Shown here piece after piece: positions 58,427 through 64,000 of a stretch of 64,000 nt of DNA. The stretch's first letter is position 1. The number at the start of each line of letters is the position of its first letter. The DNA lies in the IMG/VR virus record IMGVR_UViG_3300010429_002600, one strand, 5' to 3'. Below the pieces are notes generated by a model, which was given only the letters and a program-made list of their open reading frames with translations, made no database searches and was not told the DNA's origin. The DNA comes from an uncultured virus (IMG/VR IMGVR_UViG_3300010429_002600). Lineage: Duplodnaviria > Heunggongvirae > Uroviricota > Caudoviricetes. Position numbers and translations under genes: made by a program.

Positions 58427-59548
58427 ATGGTTTTTTTTATTTCTCCACGATACCCTGAGTTGGAATTGCCCCTTCAGAAAAATGGAACTTACTGGAAGAA
58501 TATTAAATTTGACAATCACTATTTCTGCACTTCAAACGACGAAGAAATTGATGCTCTCCGCAAAATTATAGAACACAAAAAGAAAACGGGTAAAGAACTT
58601 TCTTTTCAGGAAACAAAAAATACAAAGGTTGATGAACACTCTCCTATGAAAATACTCTTTCACAGAGAAGGAGGTCTGGGAGATATTTTATTTACTCTGC
58701 CCATAGCGGAGTATTTACATTCTATAGGGCATACAGTGGATTACTATTGCCATTTTATGTTCTGGGATGTATTCAAAAACAATCCGAATATACGAAATAT
58801 TTATGTTAATATAGAATTGAATAACTGGAGGAAAAAGGGATATCCTCCTCCCATGACAAAAGAATTGTATGGAACATATGACAGGCCGCTTACCTTCCGA
58901 GGCTGTATTGAAAAAAATAAATATGCTGAAGAAACACATGCAGTAGATGCCTGTTATCACTGGGCAGGAATAGACCCTGAAGGAAAACCCAAACTTCCGA
59001 AACTATACCTTTCCAATGAAGAAAGAGCTGTTGTAAAAGAACGTCTATTAAAAGAAAGAAAGATAAATCCGTATAAGAGAACAATAGCTCTGGCCCCTCA
59101 TTCTTCTGGAGCCAGAAATAGAAGCTGGCAATACTGGAAAGAGTTTGCCGATGAAGCAAGCGAAGATTACAACATTATCATGATAAACAGAGGGGAGAGA
59201 TTTTCTCCTTCTTCTGAGCCATGGACAGTAAGAGAAATGTGTGCTGTTATAGATTTCTGTGATATTATGGTCTGTTGTGATACAGGACCCCTCCATGTTG
59301 CAGGGGCATTGAATAAACCCATAGTAACTCTTTTTGGTCCATTCAACCCGGATTTCAGAGTTAAATATTATAACAATGTTACAGTGCTCTGCAAAACCTC
59401 AGAGTTCTGTGAGTTCTGTTTTTCACATATGGATAAATGTAAGTATTTAAACCAATCCCGTGTATATCCGCCCTGTATGAACCATGCACCCCTGGATGTT
59501 TTACAGGCAGTAGAGGAGGCACTTTGCAGTGAAAGAGTATGCTGTTAG
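58427..59548 (+). CDS. GT9 (heptosyltransferase-like) glycosyltransferase with a 73-aa N-terminal extra domain
   Basis: 'REGGLGDIL', 'NPNI', 'DTGPLHVAGAL..P.VTLFGP'. Confidence 0.85.
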   Translation: MVFFISPRYPELELPLQKNGTYWKNIKFDNHYFCTSNDEEIDALRKIIEHKKKTGKELSFQETKNTKVDEHSPMKILFHREGGLGDILFTLPIAEYLHSIGHTVDYYCHFMFWDVFKNNPNIRNIYVNIELNNWRKKGYPPPMTKELYGTYDRPLTFRGCIEKNKYAEETHAVDACYHWAGIDPEGKPKLPKLYLSNEERAVVKERLLKERKINPYKRTIALAPHSSGARNRSWQYWKEFADEASEDYNIIMINRGERFSPSSEPWTVREMCAVIDFCDIMVCCDTGPLHVAGALNKPIVTLFGPFNPDFRVKYYNNVTVLCKTSEFCEFCFSHMDKCKYLNQSRVYPPCMNHAPLDVLQAVEEALCSERVCC

Positions 59549-60398
59549 TGTTATAGTTTTAGTCCATAATAATGAGGATGTTTTACTTCCTCTTTGTAAG
59601 TCTATTTCACGAAATACTAAATATTCAGTGAAGTTGATTTATGTTGACAACGCCTCAGAGGATGGTTCTGTGGACTTTCTCAGGAGATATTATTCTGATA
59701 AGCATGAAACAGGGTATATACTGGAAGTAGACCGGAACCTGGGTGTATCAAAGGGGTGGAATGAAGGAATTAAGTTTTTGAGAAACCAGCGTTCTCCGCA
59801 GGATTTTATTGTTATAATGAACTCAGATCTGGAGGTAGGAGAAAACTGGCTTATTCCAATGCTGGAAGTTTTTGAGAAATATCCTGATGCCGGGATGGTT
59901 GATAATATTCTGAAATGTTCCAGGATGAGAAGTTTTATTCAGTCTGATGGCCCGAAACTTTCAGATCCTTTTCATTATGAAATGTCACACCATCCGGGGT
60001 TTAGACCAAACACTTCTGTTATTCCTGTTCAATGGGGAACACTTGCCTGTGCTATGTTTAATGGAAAAGTCTTTGATGAGATAGGCCTGTTTGATGAAAA
60101 TTTCTTTATTTATTCTTCAGACTTTGATTTTCAGTTAAGACTAAAGCAGGCAGGCTATAATATATATCACACCCCTCATTCTCATTGCTTTCACAGGGCC
60201 TTTCATACCTGCACACAGGTAAAGAGGAAAAATGAAAAGATTGCCCGATTTATGGGAGAAGACGGAAATTACTTTAATCAAAAATGGTCAGCAAAGTCTA
60301 TGATGGATTTTAAAAAAAACCTGGCATCTTCACCAAAACGATTTCTACAAGAACTTTATGGAGAAACTAATTATGAAGTCTCTATTCGCCCATTTTAA
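59529..60398 (+). CDS. GT2 glycosyltransferase (WbbL-like)
   Basis: 'VDNASEDGS', 'NLGVSKGWNEG', 'MNSD', 'GLFDENFFIYSSDFDF'. Confidence 0.88.
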   Translation: MKEYAVSVIVLVHNNEDVLLPLCKSISRNTKYSVKLIYVDNASEDGSVDFLRRYYSDKHETGYILEVDRNLGVSKGWNEGIKFLRNQRSPQDFIVIMNSDLEVGENWLIPMLEVFEKYPDAGMVDNILKCSRMRSFIQSDGPKLSDPFHYEMSHHPGFRPNTSVIPVQWGTLACAMFNGKVFDEIGLFDENFFIYSSDFDFQLRLKQAGYNIYHTPHSHCFHRAFHTCTQVKRKNEKIARFMGEDGNYFNQKWSAKSMMDFKKNLASSPKRFLQELYGETNYEVSIRPF

Positions 60399-61362
60399 AA
60401 ACCTGTGGGATTTTAAAGATAGGGTTGATATGACCCGGCTCAACTTTCACACCGCACCTTTAGCGGTGGAACTGGATTTGACAAACCAGTGTGGACATGA
60501 TTGTCCATGGTGTTTGAATAAAGGATTTCGGTATAAGACACCAACTTCTTTAAAATCAAAGATAGTTTTTCCCCTATTGAAAGAGTTAAAGGAAATGGGT
60601 GTTGTTTTTATAGTCTTTTCCGGAGGAGGGGAACCGCTTCAGCATAATCAGTTTCCCTTGTTCTTACAAAAAGCTATGGAACTGGGTCTTAAAACAGGAC
60701 TGATAACTAATGGAGAAGGTCTTTTAAAGAACATTGAAACCATACGAAAATGTGATTTTGTGGAAATATCTCTGGATGCTGGAGGGTATGAAACACATAA
60801 GAAATTACATAAATCAGATCCCATGTCTTATTCAAATATAATTCAGGGAATAAAGAAACTTACAAATGTTACGGTTTCATTCCTTGCAAATGCCCAAAAC
60901 TATTTCGAAATACCCCGGCTGATAGAATCGCTCTTAATTATAGGGGTAAAGAAACTACATATAAAACCTGCTATAATCAAGGGTTATACCTTATCAAAGC
61001 GGTTGGAAGATGAAATATTTGAAATGATAGAAAGTCAAAAAGAATTATTATCCGGAGGAAAACTGGAGGTTTCTTTTGACCCTGAATATTTCCAGGAGTC
61101 TGAGAATATGAAATGTTTTTCTCAGGGATTAGTTTCTGTTGTATGTGCAGACAGTAATGTTTATCTCTGTCCATTTCTCAGGGGAAAAGCGAAATTTTCA
61201 CTGGGAGATTTGAGAGAGCAGAGTTTTAAAGCAATCTGGGAAGGTGCGAAAAGAAAAGAAATATTTTCTCAATTAGATGTTTCCAGATGCCCCTCCTGTC
61301 GGTATAAAGAGTACAACAGAATAATAAATGCCCTTAACAGAAAGGAGATGAATTATCTGTGA
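60373..61362 (+). CDS. Radical SAM protein with C-terminal SPASM/twitch domain
   Basis: 'TNQCGHDCPWC', 'SGGGEPL', 'TNG', 'C....VYLCP....CPSC'. Confidence 0.88.
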   Translation: MKSLFAHFKNLWDFKDRVDMTRLNFHTAPLAVELDLTNQCGHDCPWCLNKGFRYKTPTSLKSKIVFPLLKELKEMGVVFIVFSGGGEPLQHNQFPLFLQKAMELGLKTGLITNGEGLLKNIETIRKCDFVEISLDAGGYETHKKLHKSDPMSYSNIIQGIKKLTNVTVSFLANAQNYFEIPRLIESLLIIGVKKLHIKPAIIKGYTLSKRLEDEIFEMIESQKELLSGGKLEVSFDPEYFQESENMKCFSQGLVSVVCADSNVYLCPFLRGKAKFSLGDLREQSFKAIWEGAKRKEIFSQLDVSRCPSCRYKEYNRIINALNRKEMNYL

Positions 61363-61937
61363 TTAATCCTGTTGAGATAAGCCCTGCATATATTACAGAA
61401 AAAGAATTTCGGGAATATCCTCACGAACTGGATCTCACTTCATATACAGGCCCACAACTTGAAACCCTGTTAAACCTGGCCGGTTACTGGGTGCAGGAGT
61501 ATGTTGACCTGCCTTTTATTGTTCAAACCTGTGTGGATGAAAGAGTGGGAAATAATAAAGACACTTTTACACTCACTGCTCCTCCGAAAACACTTATATC
61601 CGTAAAAGAATATAATAGCGATAATTCCTATGATGTTATTGCAAACAGCGAGTTTATTCTTCTTCCGACAAGGGCTATTCGAAGAAAGAGTTCTTACTTC
61701 TTCTCAGAATATTTATATAAAGTTTCGTATCGTTCAGGAGAGCAGAAAATACCGACAAAGGCCAGAACCGCAGTATATCTGTGCCTGATTGACTTCCTGA
61801 ACTCTAAAGACTTCAGCACAATGAAGTCTATTAAAATAGACACCATCTTAATTAATTTTAGAACAAGGACAGGACCTATCCCGAAAGATGCAGAGTATCT
61901 TCTGGGAGAGTGGAAAATAAAATCAAAAATAATTTAA
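61359..61937 (+). CDS. Head-tail connector/adaptor
   Basis: 'YIT..EF', 'VSYRSG...IP..ARTAV', 'MKSIKI'; position. Confidence 0.7.
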   Translation: MINPVEISPAYITEKEFREYPHELDLTSYTGPQLETLLNLAGYWVQEYVDLPFIVQTCVDERVGNNKDTFTLTAPPKTLISVKEYNSDNSYDVIANSEFILLPTRAIRRKSSYFFSEYLYKVSYRSGEQKIPTKARTAVYLCLIDFLNSKDFSTMKSIKIDTILINFRTRTGPIPKDAEYLLGEWKIKSKII

Positions 61938-61950
61938 GGAGGAAAAGACA

Positions 61951-62295
61951 ATGCAGTTTGAAGGTGAATTAAATCTTACTTTAACAGATGGGGCAGATGA
62001 AGATACCCATACTTTTACAATAGATCAGACAACAGAGAAATTCCAGAAGTTAGGAAGTTATGAGGTTGCAGAGGGAGCAACCGATCAAGAATTAGATTTC
62101 ACCGGATTAATCGCTACAGTAGAAGAACTCTGGCTTATTGCCAGCAAACAGGTTACAGTGAAATTCGGAGCAGATACAGGAACCCCCCTAAAATTTGACA
62201 GATTCATTCTTTCAAAAACGTCTGTTACAAAATTGTTCTTTACAGATCATCTTGCAAACGGGGATATAACCATTGATATTTACGCAGGAGGCTAA
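61951..62295 (+). CDS. Putative virion structural protein
   Basis: AGGAGG RBS; neck region. Confidence 0.5.
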   Translation: MQFEGELNLTLTDGADEDTHTFTIDQTTEKFQKLGSYEVAEGATDQELDFTGLIATVEELWLIASKQVTVKFGADTGTPLKFDRFILSKTSVTKLFFTDHLANGDITIDIYAGG

Positions 62296-62297
62296 CT

Positions 62298-62918
62298 GTG
62301 GATAAGGTTGCAAAGATAGTTAAAAACATCAGCAGGAAGATAGGATCGCCCTATAACGTCTATAGCAAAGAGGGTGTTCTTCTTGGCACAGACTATAGTT
62401 TTGTTATGGGTATAAAACGGTCTGCAAATGAAAACATAGCTCAGTTTGGAAGAAGTGGATTGTTTCATTATCAGACACTTCTTCAGCCCGGGTGTATTGT
62501 TCAAGATGCTGTGGACACAGAAGAGAAGTTCATTGTATCTTCCAGAGTGGAGACAAAGATTCAGGGCGGTGTTTTGGTCTGGCAGGTGTATTTATTAAAG
62601 ATAAATGTTACCGGAATTACTGCAACCAGAAGGGTTTTGAACATTATAGATGCAACACAGGCTGATTTTAACTATCTTGAAACTACAGTTTATACAGGAA
62701 TACAGGGTTTTTTAAGAAAAGAAGATTGGACAATGGAAACCACAACCCCTATAGGAAGAGAGCAGAAAGGATATCTGGATTTCATTACTCCGGATATTTA
62801 TACTCTTATTAAGGGGGACAGATTGACCATTGAAGAAAATTTATATATAATTCAGGAGATAGTGACTTTCAAAAAAGAGGGGTATCTTCAAATCCAGTTA
62901 GGAATGGATGTGAAATAA
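62298..62918 (+). CDS. Putative head-closure protein
   Basis: 'KGDRLTI..NLYII' motif; synteny. Confidence 0.5.
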   Translation: MDKVAKIVKNISRKIGSPYNVYSKEGVLLGTDYSFVMGIKRSANENIAQFGRSGLFHYQTLLQPGCIVQDAVDTEEKFIVSSRVETKIQGGVLVWQVYLLKINVTGITATRRVLNIIDATQADFNYLETTVYTGIQGFLRKEDWTMETTTPIGREQKGYLDFITPDIYTLIKGDRLTIEENLYIIQEIVTFKKEGYLQIQLGMDVK

Positions 62919-63487
62919 TGGGAAAAGTAAGAGTAAGTATGTTAAATCCGAAATCTTTAAAGATTGCTTTGGAGTCTGAGTTTTTTGTGGACATGAACCG
63001 GCTACAGAAAAAATACGTGGCTGCAACAGACAATCTTTATAAGAATACAAACTCTTATCCTGGAGATGTTGACATTCGTCTCTCCGGTGGAAACACTGTT
63101 GTTTCCGTAGATACTAAATTAATAAACACTATAGACGCTCATCACATCTATGCAGAAGGTGGAACAGGTATTTATATGCCCTCTGATTGGACTCCTGAAA
63201 TGACAGAAAGGGCCATACAACCTGCAAACAGAACTATTCCGAGGCCGGGAAAATTGATTGGTCCACGTGGAAAAGGCTCTACCTGGACAGACCTTACAGG
63301 GAAACTCAGACATGGAGCAGATATCCTGAAAGGCGGAAGGAAAGTTGTCAAAGGTATACAGGGTAAATTCAGGCTGAAAGATACTACGGAAAAATTCTTA
63401 ACAGTGGATAGGTTAAATAGATTTGCTCAACTTTTGTTAAATAAATCTTTCCGTAAAACTACAAGGCAGATGGTGATATTCAAATGA
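62918..63487 (+). CDS. Putative tail completion (HK97 gp10-like) protein
   Basis: 'AEGGTGIY', 'VKGIQG'; synteny. Confidence 0.55.
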   Translation: MGKVRVSMLNPKSLKIALESEFFVDMNRLQKKYVAATDNLYKNTNSYPGDVDIRLSGGNTVVSVDTKLINTIDAHHIYAEGGTGIYMPSDWTPEMTERAIQPANRTIPRPGKLIGPRGKGSTWTDLTGKLRHGADILKGGRKVVKGIQGKFRLKDTTEKFLTVDRLNRFAQLLLNKSFRKTTRQMVIFK

Positions 63488-63957
63488 ACAATGCAATATA
63501 CAGAGCAATTTATAGCAAACTCTCTACAGACGTAACCCTGTTAGGGTATTTGGGGCTTACGGCAGAGTCCACAGACGCAGAGAAGTTTGAAAAGTTTTTA
63601 AAGAGAATTCCGACAGAATATATTAATCTTCCGAGAGTTCTTGTCCTTGCCTCTGTATATAGCAGGCCACATTTAGATATAAGGTTTTTTGATAAGAAAA
63701 TAGTTCAAATACGGGTTCAAACAAAGGATTCAACAGGTTCGTTGAACTTTAAAATATTATCAAGAATAAGAGAATTGCTTGACGGGGAAACTCCTCAGAT
63801 TCTTTCGACAGACAACATATCTTACTGGGATATGTTCGAGTGGGAACGGGAAGATCAGGCAGAAGTTCTTCACTCCGATGTCTATGATTACTTTAACGAG
63901 TACTGTATCACTTGCGCTCCGAGGGTGAATAAAAAACTCCTTCGTGAGACTTCGTAA
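63484..63957 (+). CDS. Putative tail terminator protein
   Basis: 'AIYSKLSTD.TL', 'VQIRV', 'RIRELL'; synteny. Confidence 0.55.
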   Translation: MNNAIYRAIYSKLSTDVTLLGYLGLTAESTDAEKFEKFLKRIPTEYINLPRVLVLASVYSRPHLDIRFFDKKIVQIRVQTKDSTGSLNFKILSRIRELLDGETPQILSTDNISYWDMFEWEREDQAEVLHSDVYDYFNEYCITCAPRVNKKLLRETS

Positions 63958-64000
63958 GGAAAGGAGATTTTAAATGAAACTTTTAAGAGGAGTTGGACAA

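Larger units (their letters stand above)
1..64000. mobile_element. Tailed bacteriophage genome segment (appears circularly permuted; partial)
   Basis: TerL, portal, prohead protease, capsid, neck, tail, endolysin and phage replication genes; no host housekeeping genes; starts in tail genes and ends in neck genes. Confidence 0.95.

Overview
The window is a large piece of an AT-rich tailed-phage (Caudoviricetes) genome with sigma70/sigmaA-type promoters and strong GGAGG ribosome-binding sites. It opens inside tail/baseplate genes and closes in neck genes, so the contig appears circularly permuted; tail tube and tape measure genes lie outside the window. Order: tail/receptor-binding genes (1-8.8 kb); two lipoproteins and a lysis cassette with an NlpC/P60 enzyme (8.8-11 kb); a leftward accessory operon (11-15.8 kb); a divergent promoter pair, Bro antirepressor, annealing protein, replication initiator with iterons, RusA-like resolvase (15.8-26 kb); a small serine resolvase, a second rep/ori-like module and a GIY-YIG nuclease (26-29 kb); a leftward cassette of acidic, ArdA-like genes separated by terminator+palindrome units (29.9-32.8 kb); a ~1.7 kb non-coding region; a DNA-methylase/radical-SAM/ThyX region (34.6-42 kb); then packaging and head genes (46-64 kb). 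The main finding is a phage-encoded glycan system: four nucleotide-sugar enzymes, an HldE-type heptose kinase, four glycosyltransferase domains (one fused to a B12 radical SAM, one GT9 carrying an extra N-terminal domain right after the capsid gene), a SPASM-type radical SAM and two glycan-locus-like methyltransferases. Most of these are interleaved among terminase, portal, capsid and head-tail genes, which suggests virion glycosylation with self-made, modified sugars. All functional calls come from motif recognition by eye; no database searches were run.
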